This document shows positions 1-10,495 of a stretch of 64,000 nt of DNA, in pieces. How positions within the stretch are numbered: the stretch's first letter is position 1; each line of letters starts with the position of its first letter. The notes beneath the pieces were generated by a model that was not told where the DNA came from, ran no database searches, and saw only the letters and a program-made list of their open reading frames with translations. The stretch lies in contig CANRGD010000003.1 of the NCBI GenBank assembly GCA_947630105.1, positions 234-64,233 on the forward strand, given 5' to 3'. The stretch comes from an uncultured Bacilli bacterium (lineage in GTDB: Bacteria; Bacillota_I; Bacilli_A; RF39; UBA660). Made by a program: the position numbers and the translations under genes.

Positions 1-2006
1 GTAAAACAAAAACCTTAACAACTAAAATTGCCTATCTAATTGAAGAAGAAAATGTAAATCCTCATAATATACTAGCAATTACCTTTACTAATAAGGCTGC
101 CAAAGAAATGAAAGACAGACTTTTTTCTTTAATAGGAGATTTAGCTAAATATTTACAAGTTTCTACTTTTCATAGTTTTGGCTTAAAATTATTAAAAGAA
201 AATTATAAAGTACTAGGATATGAAGCTAATTTTGTTATTATGGATAGTGATGATTCTTTAACAGTAGTAAAAAAAATACTTAAAGATTTAAATTATGATC
301 CTAAAATTTATAATCCTAAAGCCATTAGAAATAAAATTAGTAGTTGTAAAAATGAACTTATGTCACCAGAAAAATATGAAAAATATGCTGTAAGTGAATT
401 TGAAAAAATATTTTGTGAAGTTTATAAAAAATATGAATCAAAATTACAAAAAAATAATTCAGTAGACTTTGATGATTTACTTTTATTACCAATTAAACTT
501 TTTCAACAAGATCAAGTTTTATTAAATAAGTATCAAGATTTATATAAGTATGTTTTAATAGATGAATATCAAGATACAAACCAAGCTCAGTATATTTTAA
601 CAAAATTGATAAGTTCTAAATATGATAAAATTACTTGTGTTGGAGATGATTCACAAAGTATTTATAGCTTTAGAGGAGCAAACTACAAAAATATTTTAAA
701 TTTTGAAAAAGATTATCCTGATGCTAAAACAATCTTATTAGAACAAAATTATCGTTCTACGAGTACAATTTTAGATGCTGCTAATCAAGTTATTAGAAAT
801 AACCGAGAACGCAAAGATAAAAATTTATGGACTGCTAGAGGTCAAGGAGAAAAAATAAAATATTATCGTGCCTATAATGAAAAAGATGAAGCTCAGTATG
901 TTATTCGTAAAATTAAAGAATTAGTTTCTAAAAACACTGAGTACAAAGATATTGCTATTCTTTATCGTACAAATGCTCAATCTCGTGTCCTTGAAGAAGA
1001 AATGTTAAAAGAAAATTTACCTTATCGAGTAATAGGAAGCTTTTATTTTTATTCTAGAAAAGAAATTAAAGATTTAATTGCCTATTTAAGGTTAATTCAT
1101 AATTCTAAAGATAATGTTAGCTTATTAAGAGTAATTAATACTCCCAAAAGAGGAATTGGACTAAAGACCATAGAAAATTTAACTTTAAAAGCTGATAATC
1201 TTGGCATTAGTATATATGAAGCAATTTCTACAGGAAAAGAATTAGAATTTAAAAATTTAATTGAAAAACTTAAAGAAGTAGCTAATGAATTAACATTAAC
1301 TGAATTAATAGATAAAGTTTTAGCCTCAACTGGCTTGAGAAGTGAACTAGAAAGTGAAAAAACTTTAGAAGCAGAAATTAGATTAGAAAACTTAGAAGAA
1401 TTTAAATCAATTACTAAAACCTTTGAAGAAAGAGAAGGACTAATTTCTCTTGAAGACTTTCTTTTAGAAATTAGTTTAATAAGTGACGTCGAAGAATATA
1501 AAGATGATCCTAATAGGGTAAGTTTAATGACAGTTCATTCTGTAAAAGGTTTAGAATTTGCTCATGTCTTTGTAGTAGGGATGGAAGAAGGAATTTTTCC
1601 TCATATGAATTCTTTGATGGAATCAAGCGAATTAGAAGAAGAAAGACGCTTGTGTTATGTAGCTATCACTAGAGCTAAAGATGACTTACATTTAATAAAT
1701 GCTAGAAGAAGAACTCTTTTTGGCAAAGAGCAAATAAACCCTGTTAGTAGATTTATAAGTGAAATAAATACTAATCTTTTAGAAGTTATAAATGAAGAAG
1801 AAAAACCACCAGCAGAAAAAATTAATCCTTCTGATATGTTTAGAACAGAAGATATAAATTATCAAGTAGGAGATTATGTTTATCACGAAACTTTTGGAAC
1901 AGGAAAAGTAGTTGAAGTAACTTCTACATTAGTAAGTGTTGCATTCAAGCATCCACATGGAATAAAAAAATTAATGAAAAATCATAAAAAATTATCAAAA
2001 GTATAG
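1..2006 (+). CDS. pcrA: ATP-dependent DNA helicase, PcrA/UvrD family (5' end cut by window edge)
   Basis: Frame is open from nt 3 (GKTKTLTTKIAYLIEE... Walker A region lies upstream of the first Met in the ORF track). Helicase motifs DEYQDTN, VGDDSQSIYSFRGA, QNYRS, HSVKGLEF, YVAITRA. Conserved pcrA-ligA neighbourhood. Confidence 0.95.
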   Translation, partial: KTKTLTTKIAYLIEEENVNPHNILAITFTNKAAKEMKDRLFSLIGDLAKYLQVSTFHSFGLKLLKENYKVLGYEANFVIMDSDDSLTVVKKILKDLNYDPKIYNPKAIRNKISSCKNELMSPEKYEKYAVSEFEKIFCEVYKKYESKLQKNNSVDFDDLLLLPIKLFQQDQVLLNKYQDLYKYVLIDEYQDTNQAQYILTKLISSKYDKITCVGDDSQSIYSFRGANYKNILNFEKDYPDAKTILLEQNYRSTSTILDAANQVIRNNRERKDKNLWTARGQGEKIKYYRAYNEKDEAQYVIRKIKELVSKNTEYKDIAILYRTNAQSRVLEEEMLKENLPYRVIGSFYFYSRKEIKDLIAYLRLIHNSKDNVSLLRVINTPKRGIGLKTIENLTLKADNLGISIYEAISTGKELEFKNLIEKLKEVANELTLTELIDKVLASTGLRSELESEKTLEAEIRLENLEEFKSITKTFEEREGLISLEDFLLEISLISDVEEYKDDPNRVSLMTVHSVKGLEFAHVFVVGMEEGIFPHMNSLMESSELEEERRLCYVAITRAKDDLHLINARRRTLFGKEQINPVSRFISEINTNLLEVINEEEKPPAEKINPSDMFRTEDINYQVGDYVYHETFGTGKVVEVTSTLVSVAFKHPHGIKKLMKNHKKLSKV

Positions 2007-2021
2007 TTAGGAGTAAAAAAC

Positions 2022-2933
2022 ATGAAAGATATAACTTTAGTTATTATGGCGGCAGGAATGGGAAGCCGTTTTGGAGGGTTAAAACAAATAGAACCAATTG
2101 GACCAAATAATGAATTTATCATCGATTATTCTGTTTATGATGCCAAACAAGCAGGATTTAATAAAATTGTTTTTATTATAAAAAAGGAAAATTATCAAAT
2201 ATTTAAAGAAACTATTGGTAAAAGAGTAGAACCACATATAAAAACAGAATATGTTTTTCAAACTAATGAAATTTTTCCCAAAGAATATCAACAACTTTTA
2301 GCAAAAAGAGAAAAACCATTAGGGACAACTCATGCAATATATTGCGCCAAAGATAAAGTACATGAACCATTTGCCGTAATAAATGCCGATGATTTTTATG
2401 GTAGAGATGCTTATTTGCAAGCAGCTAAGTATTTACAAAATCCACAAAATTCTGATTATGCCATAGTAGGATATGAATTACAAAATACACTTTCTCCTAA
2501 TGGAGCTACTAAACGTGGTGTGTGTCAATTAGCAGAAAATAATAACTTAGCAAGTTTAATTGAAAGTAATGTAGAGCTTGTTAATGGTCAAATTGAAGCC
2601 ACTCCTTTAGATGGTAAAGAAAAATTTATTGCTCAAGCAGATTCTATATGCTCTATGAATTTTTTACTATTTTATCCCTCATTATTTGAGCGCCTAAACC
2701 AAGAGTTAACTGAATTTTTAGAAGAAAATAAAAATGATTTAACAAAATGTGAAACATTAATTCCCGTAGTTTTAAATAAATATATATCAACAGAAAAAAT
2801 GCCCGTTAAGGTTGTAAAAACAACAGCTAATTGGTATGGAGTTACTTATAAAGAAGATAAAGAAGAAGTAACTAAAGCTATTCAAGAATTAATAACTAAC
2901 AAAATATATCCTTATAATTTATGGGAAAAATAA
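2022..2933 (+). CDS. Sugar/alcohol-phosphate nucleotidyltransferase-like protein (GT-A fold, IspD/ManC-like N-terminal motif), paralogue 1
   Basis: AGGAG RBS 8 nt upstream. N-terminal MAAGMGSRFGGLKQ pyrophosphorylase-type glycine-rich loop. INADDFYG metal/sugar-binding motif. Confidence 0.6.
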   Translation: MKDITLVIMAAGMGSRFGGLKQIEPIGPNNEFIIDYSVYDAKQAGFNKIVFIIKKENYQIFKETIGKRVEPHIKTEYVFQTNEIFPKEYQQLLAKREKPLGTTHAIYCAKDKVHEPFAVINADDFYGRDAYLQAAKYLQNPQNSDYAIVGYELQNTLSPNGATKRGVCQLAENNNLASLIESNVELVNGQIEATPLDGKEKFIAQADSICSMNFLLFYPSLFERLNQELTEFLEENKNDLTKCETLIPVVLNKYISTEKMPVKVVKTTANWYGVTYKEDKEEVTKAIQELITNKIYPYNLWEK

Positions 2934-2946
2934 AGGAGAAATTAAT

Positions 2947-3873
2947 ATGAAAAAAAACAAAACCCTTTTAATTATGGCGGCAGGAATGGGAAGCCGTTTT
3001 GGAGGATTAAAACAAATAGAACCCATGGGCCCTAACAATGAATTTATTATAGATTATTCAATTTATGATGCTAAACAAGCAGGATTTAATAAAATAGTTT
3101 TTATAATAAAAAAAGAAAATTATCAAATATTTAAAGAAACAATTGGTAAAAGAGTTGAACCTATCATAAAAACTGAATATGTATTTCAAGAAAATCTTTC
3201 CTATGTTCCATCAGAATATCACCAAGCCTTATCAACAAGGGAAAAGCCATTAGGAACTGGGCATGCTATTTTATGTGCTCAAAAGAATATTCATGAACCA
3301 TTTGCCGTAATAAATGCTGATGATTTTTATGGCTCAAGTGCTTTTTTAGAAGCTTCTAAAATATTAGACACCTTACCTCAAGAAAAACCTTATCAATATG
3401 CTTTAATTGCTTATCTTATACAAAATACTATGACTGAAAATGGTTCAGTAAAAAGAGGAATATGTCAATATGATAAAAATATGTTACTAACAAATATTAT
3501 TGAATCTAAAATAGAAAATAAGAATAATAAAATATTAGCAACCAGTCTTGCCACTAATGAAGAATTCGAACTTGCCGAAGATACTCCTGTATCGATGAAT
3601 CTTACTCTTTTTACTCCCAGTTTTTTTCCCTATTTAGAAGAAAAATTTTTAAGCTTTTTGCAAAAAAACAAACAAGATTTATCAAAATGTGAATTTTTTA
3701 TGCCTGATGCTCTTTTTTCTGCTATAAAAGAAAAATATGCGACAGTTAAAGTTTATAAAACAACTTCTAAGTGGTATGGTGTAACTTATAAAGAAGATAC
3801 CCCAAAAGTAAAAGAAGCTTTAAAAAATATGCATCAAAATAAAGAATATCCACAGAAATTGTGGAAAAAATAA
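2947..3873 (+). CDS. Sugar/alcohol-phosphate nucleotidyltransferase-like protein, paralogue 2
   Basis: AAGGAG RBS. Same MAAGMGSRFGGLKQ and INADDFYG motifs. First ~75 aa almost identical to the upstream gene, the rest diverged. Confidence 0.6.
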   Translation: MKKNKTLLIMAAGMGSRFGGLKQIEPMGPNNEFIIDYSIYDAKQAGFNKIVFIIKKENYQIFKETIGKRVEPIIKTEYVFQENLSYVPSEYHQALSTREKPLGTGHAILCAQKNIHEPFAVINADDFYGSSAFLEASKILDTLPQEKPYQYALIAYLIQNTMTENGSVKRGICQYDKNMLLTNIIESKIENKNNKILATSLATNEEFELAEDTPVSMNLTLFTPSFFPYLEEKFLSFLQKNKQDLSKCEFFMPDALFSAIKEKYATVKVYKTTSKWYGVTYKEDTPKVKEALKNMHQNKEYPQKLWKK

Positions 3874-5877
<2,004 letters not shown>

Positions 5878-5948
5878 AGCCCTAGACTTTACAAATCATT
5901 AAAAAAAGGTTATAATATACACTACTTAAAGAAAGTGGGGGTATTGTA

Positions 5949-6692
5949 ATGTTTAAAAGAAAAAATAAAACTCAATTAGATGAATCAAGTGATTTACTTG
6001 ATGATATTGAAAATGAAACAGTAGATGATGAGCTATCTTTAGAAAGTTATGAAGAATATAATTTAGAAGATGAAGATATTTCTGAAGAATATAGTAAAAA
6101 ACCTAAATTTACAAGAAAAAAAACAAAATTATTAATTAATATAATATTTATTATCTTAACCATGGCAATGGTAATGATCGCAACAGATGTAATTTGTGTG
6201 GCAAGATATTCTCTTGGCCCTGTATTTGCCATAAAAACAAAGACTTATTCTGATGGTGGGACCAAAGAATATTATGGTTTAGGTTATAAAGTTATAAAAT
6301 ATAATCAAAAACAAGGTCGTAGAGATATAACAATCGGCTTTTGGAATATGCCTTATTCTGTAACTCCTATTGATATAAAAGATATAGATTTATCTATTGA
6401 ATTTATAAATGATTATGAACATGCTTATAATAAATATTATAAGAAATTTTTACGAGTATCTTCAAAACTTAATAAAATTGATAGTAAGAAAAATGAAATA
6501 GTTATAGGATATATTGATGAAGATAAGAAATATTCCTTAAATATTATTTGCTCAATGGCCAATAAAAATGCTACTAGTGAACTTGAACTTAATAAAGATA
6601 TAACAATAATTGGAACATTAAATAAATTTAGCTTAAAAACTAAAACTAAACCTAATCAAATTTATATAGAAAATTGTTTTGCGGAACAATAA
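5949..6692 (+). CDS. Hypothetical membrane-anchored protein (acidic N-terminus, one TM helix, extracytoplasmic domain)
   Basis: ORF with GTGGGGG RBS. A TTACAA/TATAAT promoter lies just upstream. One hydrophobic helix (LLINIIFIILTMAMVMIATDVICV). No recognisable catalytic motif. Confidence 0.5.
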   Translation: MFKRKNKTQLDESSDLLDDIENETVDDELSLESYEEYNLEDEDISEEYSKKPKFTRKKTKLLINIIFIILTMAMVMIATDVICVARYSLGPVFAIKTKTYSDGGTKEYYGLGYKVIKYNQKQGRRDITIGFWNMPYSVTPIDIKDIDLSIEFINDYEHAYNKYYKKFLRVSSKLNKIDSKKNEIVIGYIDEDKKYSLNIICSMANKNATSELELNKDITIIGTLNKFSLKTKTKPNQIYIENCFAEQ

Positions 6693-6708
6693 AAATAAAT
6701 AATTTCTG

Positions 6709-6739
6709 AAGATAAAATAGCACTTATTTTATCTTTTTT
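6709..6739 (+). terminator. Rho-independent terminator
   Basis: 10-bp stem AAGATAAAAT / ATTTTATCTT with a 7-nt loop, followed by a T-run. Confidence 0.7.
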
Positions 6740-6799
6740 CTTTAATTTACATATAAATTAATAAATGATATAATATAAAGGTCAAAAGGAGAAATGTCT

Positions 6800-7102
6800 A
6801 TGGAAGATAAATTAACAAAAGAAGAAGTTTTGCATGTAGCTCAACTTGCTCGAATAAATATTGACGAAGATGAACTTGAGACTTATCAAATTGAATTAAA
6901 AAAACTTCTTAATGAAGTTGAAAAAATAAGTGCTGTTAAAGGTTATGATGATGAAAAATTAATAGCTTCATGGGATAGAAAAACTGAACTAAGAGAAGAT
7001 ATTGCTGGTGAAATGCTTGATCCTAAAGAAGTAATTAATAATGCTCCTCGTCATAGTGGCAACTATATTGAAGTACCAGTAGTAATAGGAGATGAGTCAT
7101 AA
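6800..7102 (+). CDS. gatC: Asp/Glu-tRNA amidotransferase subunit C
   Basis: ~100 aa, LTKEEVLHVAQLARINIDEDE motif. Directly precedes gatA/gatB. The ATG at 6800 has better spacing to AAGGAG than the ATG at 6794. Confidence 0.9.
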   Translation: MEDKLTKEEVLHVAQLARINIDEDELETYQIELKKLLNEVEKISAVKGYDDEKLIASWDRKTELREDIAGEMLDPKEVINNAPRHSGNYIEVPVVIGDES

Positions 7103-8556
7103 TGAAATATTTGAATAAACCAATTTTAGAAATAAACAAACTTTTAAAAGAAAAGGTAATTAAACCTTTAGACTTAGTTGAAGAAGCTTTTGCTAATATA
7201 GAAAAAAATAAAGCTTTAAATGCCTATATTACATTAAATAAAGAAGAAGCAATAAAAACAGCCAAAGAATTAGAAAATAAAGAAGTTGACAATATTTTAT
7301 TTGGCCTTCCAATTGCGATTAAAGATAATATTATAACAAAAGATCTTCGCACCACATGTGCCTCTCATATGCTAGAAAATTTTCTTCCTATTTATGATGC
7401 CACTGTTGTCAAAAAAATAAAAGCCAAGAATATGATTATTATTGGAAAAACAAATATGGATGAATTTGCCATGGGCTCATCAAGTAGAACAAGTTATTTT
7501 GGTGCTCCTAAAAATCCTTGGAATACTAACAAAATTTCAGGTGGATCTTCAGGGGGCTCAGCTGTTACAGTTGCAGCACGTGATGTATTCCTTGCTTTAG
7601 GAAGCGATACAGGTGGTTCTATAAGACAACCTGCAAGTTATTGTGGAATAGTTGGAATGAAACCAACTTATGGAAGAGTATCTCGTTATGGGTTAGTAGC
7701 TTTTGCTTCTAGTTTTGACCAAATAGGGCCTCTTACCAAAAATGTTTATGAAAATGCTTTGCTTTTAAATGCTATTGTTGGTAAAGATGACAATGATTTA
7801 ACTTCTGCTGACAAAGAAAGTGAAGATTTTACAAGATTAATAGGCAAAGATATTAAAGGCATGAAATTTGCTCTACCTAATTATTTTATGAGTGATATTG
7901 TTAGCCAAGAAATAAAAGAAAAAATAATATCTGTTAGTAAAATTCTTGAAAAATTAGGTGCTAAAGTTGACTATGTAGATGTTAAATATTTAGAAAATGC
8001 CGTAACATTATATCAAATTATTGCTATGGGAGAAGCAAGTTCCAATTTAGCTCGTTATGACGGAATAAGATTTGGTTATTCACTACCTAATCCTACAAGT
8101 ATAGATAATTTATATTATGAAACCAGAAAAACAGGATTTGGAAAAGAAGTAAAAAGAAGAATCATGGTAGGATCTTACTTATTAAGTGGAGAAAATGCTA
8201 AAATATATTATAATAAGGCCCTATCTATAAGAGATGATATGCAAAAAGAATTTACTAATTTATTCCAAAAATATGATTTAGTAATAGGACCAACCACCAC
8301 CACAACGGCTTATGATTTAACAGATCCTATGGATGATCCTTTAAAAAGTTTTTTAGATGATGTTTTAGTAATACCTGTAAATATGGCAGGCCTTCCTGGC
8401 ATGAATGTTCCTATTGGCTTTTCTAAAGATAATATGCCTATTGGAATGCATATAATAGGAAATAAATTTGAAGAAGCTAAAATGTATCAATTAGCAAGTT
8501 GTATCGAAAAAGAATTAAACTTAGCTTTAACACCAGGAGGCGAGATTAATGAATAA
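7102..8556 (+). CDS. gatA: Asp/Glu-tRNA amidotransferase subunit A (amidase signature)
   Basis: Amidase signature GGSSGGSAVTVAA...GSDTGGSIRQPAS. TAATG overlap with gatC. Confidence 0.95.
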   Translation: MKYLNKPILEINKLLKEKVIKPLDLVEEAFANIEKNKALNAYITLNKEEAIKTAKELENKEVDNILFGLPIAIKDNIITKDLRTTCASHMLENFLPIYDATVVKKIKAKNMIIIGKTNMDEFAMGSSSRTSYFGAPKNPWNTNKISGGSSGGSAVTVAARDVFLALGSDTGGSIRQPASYCGIVGMKPTYGRVSRYGLVAFASSFDQIGPLTKNVYENALLLNAIVGKDDNDLTSADKESEDFTRLIGKDIKGMKFALPNYFMSDIVSQEIKEKIISVSKILEKLGAKVDYVDVKYLENAVTLYQIIAMGEASSNLARYDGIRFGYSLPNPTSIDNLYYETRKTGFGKEVKRRIMVGSYLLSGENAKIYYNKALSIRDDMQKEFTNLFQKYDLVIGPTTTTTAYDLTDPMDDPLKSFLDDVLVIPVNMAGLPGMNVPIGFSKDNMPIGMHIIGNKFEEAKMYQLASCIEKELNLALTPGGEINE

Positions 8557-9973
8557 ATATATTCCTACTATCGGAATAGAAGTCCATGTTGAATTAAAAA
8601 CAGCAACAAAAATATTTTCTAATTCTATTAATGGGTATGGCCAAATGGCCAATTCCTTAACAAATGTAGTCGATTTAGGCTATCCTGGAACTTTGCCAAC
8701 ACTTAATAAAGAGGTAATTAATTTAGCTATCAAAGCTGCCACTGTTTTAAATTGTAAAATTCGAAAAGAAATGCATTTTGATCGCAAAAATTATTTTTAT
8801 CCTGATATACCAAAAAATTATCAAATAACACAAAATGAAACTCCAATTGGCTATGATGGGTATGTTGAAATTACCATCAATGGAGAAAAAAAGAAAATAG
8901 AAATTGAAGAAATGCATATTGAAGAAGATACCTGCAAAAGTACTCATCGCAGTTCTAAAACTTTGCTTGATTTTAATCGTGCTGGAGTACCTTTAATTGA
9001 AATAGTTACTAAACCATGTATATCAAGTGGGGAAGAAGCTAAACTTTATTTAGAAAAATTAAGAGAATTATTATACTATTGTGATATAAGTGATTGTAAA
9101 ATTGAAGAAGGTTCTATGCGAGCAGATGCTAACGTATCTATTAGAAAAAATGAACAAGATCCCCTAGGAACTAAATGCGAAATTAAAAATATTGGGTCTA
9201 TATCTAATGTTGCCATTAGTATCGATAAAGAAATAAAAAATCAAATCGAACTTATAGAAAACAATAAACAAATAAAACAACAAACTAAACGCTATGATGA
9301 TAAACTAGGAAAAAACATTTTAATGCGTACAAAAGAAACAGGAAATGACTATCGTTATTTTCCAGAACCAGATATTCCGTATGTCATTTTAACAGAAGAT
9401 ATGATTGCCTCTGTTGTAAAAACTATCCCTATGTTACCAGATGAAAGAAGAAAAGTTTATCAAGCTAAAGGCGTTTCTGAATTGAATGCTAATAAATTAG
9501 TTCAAAATAGATCTTTAAGTGATTATTTTAATAAGTTATTAGATACTAACATTAATTTTAAAATAGCTAGTAATATCTTATTAGGAGATATTCAAGCCTA
9601 TTTAAATAAAAATGAAAAACAAATTAGTGATACTACTTTAACAGTTACTAGATTTGAAGAGTTAGTTAAAAATGTAGAAGATAAAACCTTAACAAGTAAA
9701 AATTTAAAAGATATTTTAGTAACAGTTTTAGAAGAGGAATCTTCTATATCCACTATAATAAAAAAATCAGGCATAGAAAATATTCAAGATGATCAAGCTT
9801 TAAGAACTATTATTAACTCTATAATTTCTTCTAATCAAGAAACAGTTAATGATTATAAAAATGGTCATGATAGAGCAATAAAGTTTTTTATGGGTCAAAT
9901 TATGAAAGAAACTAAAGGCTCTGCTAACCCTAAATTAGCTATGGATATTTTATTAGAAGAATTAAAAAAATAA
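8549..9973 (+). CDS. gatB: Asp/Glu-tRNA amidotransferase subunit B
   Basis: IGIEVHVEL, FDRKNYFYPDIPKNYQITQ, NRAGVPLIEIVT motifs and a C-terminal GatB/YqeY domain. AGGAGG RBS. Overlaps the gatA end. Confidence 0.95.
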   Translation: MNKYIPTIGIEVHVELKTATKIFSNSINGYGQMANSLTNVVDLGYPGTLPTLNKEVINLAIKAATVLNCKIRKEMHFDRKNYFYPDIPKNYQITQNETPIGYDGYVEITINGEKKKIEIEEMHIEEDTCKSTHRSSKTLLDFNRAGVPLIEIVTKPCISSGEEAKLYLEKLRELLYYCDISDCKIEEGSMRADANVSIRKNEQDPLGTKCEIKNIGSISNVAISIDKEIKNQIELIENNKQIKQQTKRYDDKLGKNILMRTKETGNDYRYFPEPDIPYVILTEDMIASVVKTIPMLPDERRKVYQAKGVSELNANKLVQNRSLSDYFNKLLDTNINFKIASNILLGDIQAYLNKNEKQISDTTLTVTRFEELVKNVEDKTLTSKNLKDILVTVLEEESSISTIIKKSGIENIQDDQALRTIINSIISSNQETVNDYKNGHDRAIKFFMGQIMKETKGSANPKLAMDILLEELKK

Positions 9974-9986
9974 CCATTAATAATAA

Positions 9987-10015
9987 TTGAAAATGCTTTT
10001 AACATGTTGTATAAT
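9987..10015 (+). promoter_or_regulatory. SigA-type promoter (TTGAAA - 17 bp - TATAAT)
   Basis: TTGAAA at 9987-9992 and TATAAT at 10010-10015. The ATG at 10004 used by the ORF track lies inside the spacer. Confidence 0.6.
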
Positions 10016-10036
10016 CTTTTCATAGGATGTGAATTT

Positions 10037-10495
10037 ATGAATTATTTAAAAAGAAATAAAAGTACGATAATAGCAATAGCCATATTTTTAATAGTTTTAA
10101 TTGTTGCTATGAATTTAATTAATATATTTTTTCCAAATGAAGAAAATGCTTTATATGGAAGTCGCCTTAATGGTATTAATGAGGTAAAAATAACTAATAA
10201 TACTGAAGATCAAATTACTGCAGCCTTAGAAAAAGACTGTTCAAAAGTTTCAATTAGAGAATCAGGTAAAATAATTGAAGTTATTTTGACAGTAGATAAA
10301 GATATGAGCTTAGAAACAGCCAAAAATTTAGCTCCAAAAATCACAGAACAATTAAAAAAAGAACAACTTGAATATTACGATATCCAAGTATTCATACAAA
10401 AAACAGCAAAGTCATCTGATTTTCCAATTATAGGTTATAAGCAACACACTAAAGAAGGTTTTAACTGGACAAAAGATAGAACGGGGAACGAGTAA
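10037..10495 (+). CDS. Hypothetical membrane-anchored protein
   Basis: Start moved to the ATG at 10037 (MNYLKRNKST...) because the promoter overlaps 10004. Single N-terminal TM helix. TAATG-coupled to the next gene. Confidence 0.5.
   Translation: MNYLKRNKSTIIAIAIFLIVLIVAMNLINIFFPNEENALYGSRLNGINEVKITNNTEDQITAALEKDCSKVSIRESGKIIEVILTVDKDMSLETAKNLAPKITEQLKKEQLEYYDIQVFIQKTAKSSDFPIIGYKQHTKEGFNWTKDRTGNE

Noticed and set aside
2079-2294. Antisense ORFs in the supplied track. They are 2079-2294, 4110-4373, 6047-6232, 8747-8947, 12620-12877, 14067-14315, 19315-19584, 20983-21174, 21883-22083, 27221-27427, 30191-30376, 31124-31324, 39229-39411, 41820-42005, 42248-42475, 44079-44264, 48845-49036, 52874-53158, 56956-57222 and 58718-58936.
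   Set aside because: Each lies entirely inside, or mostly overlaps, a well-supported gene on the opposite strand. None has an RBS. All have the Ile/Phe/Leu/Lys-rich composition expected from the reverse complement of AT-rich coding sequence.
10004-10036. N-terminal extension of the 10004 ORF (MLYNLFIGCEF…).
   Set aside because: The ATG at 10004 sits in the spacer of a near-consensus TTGAAA - 17 bp - TATAAT promoter. The ATG at 10037 is the first start downstream of the predicted TSS.
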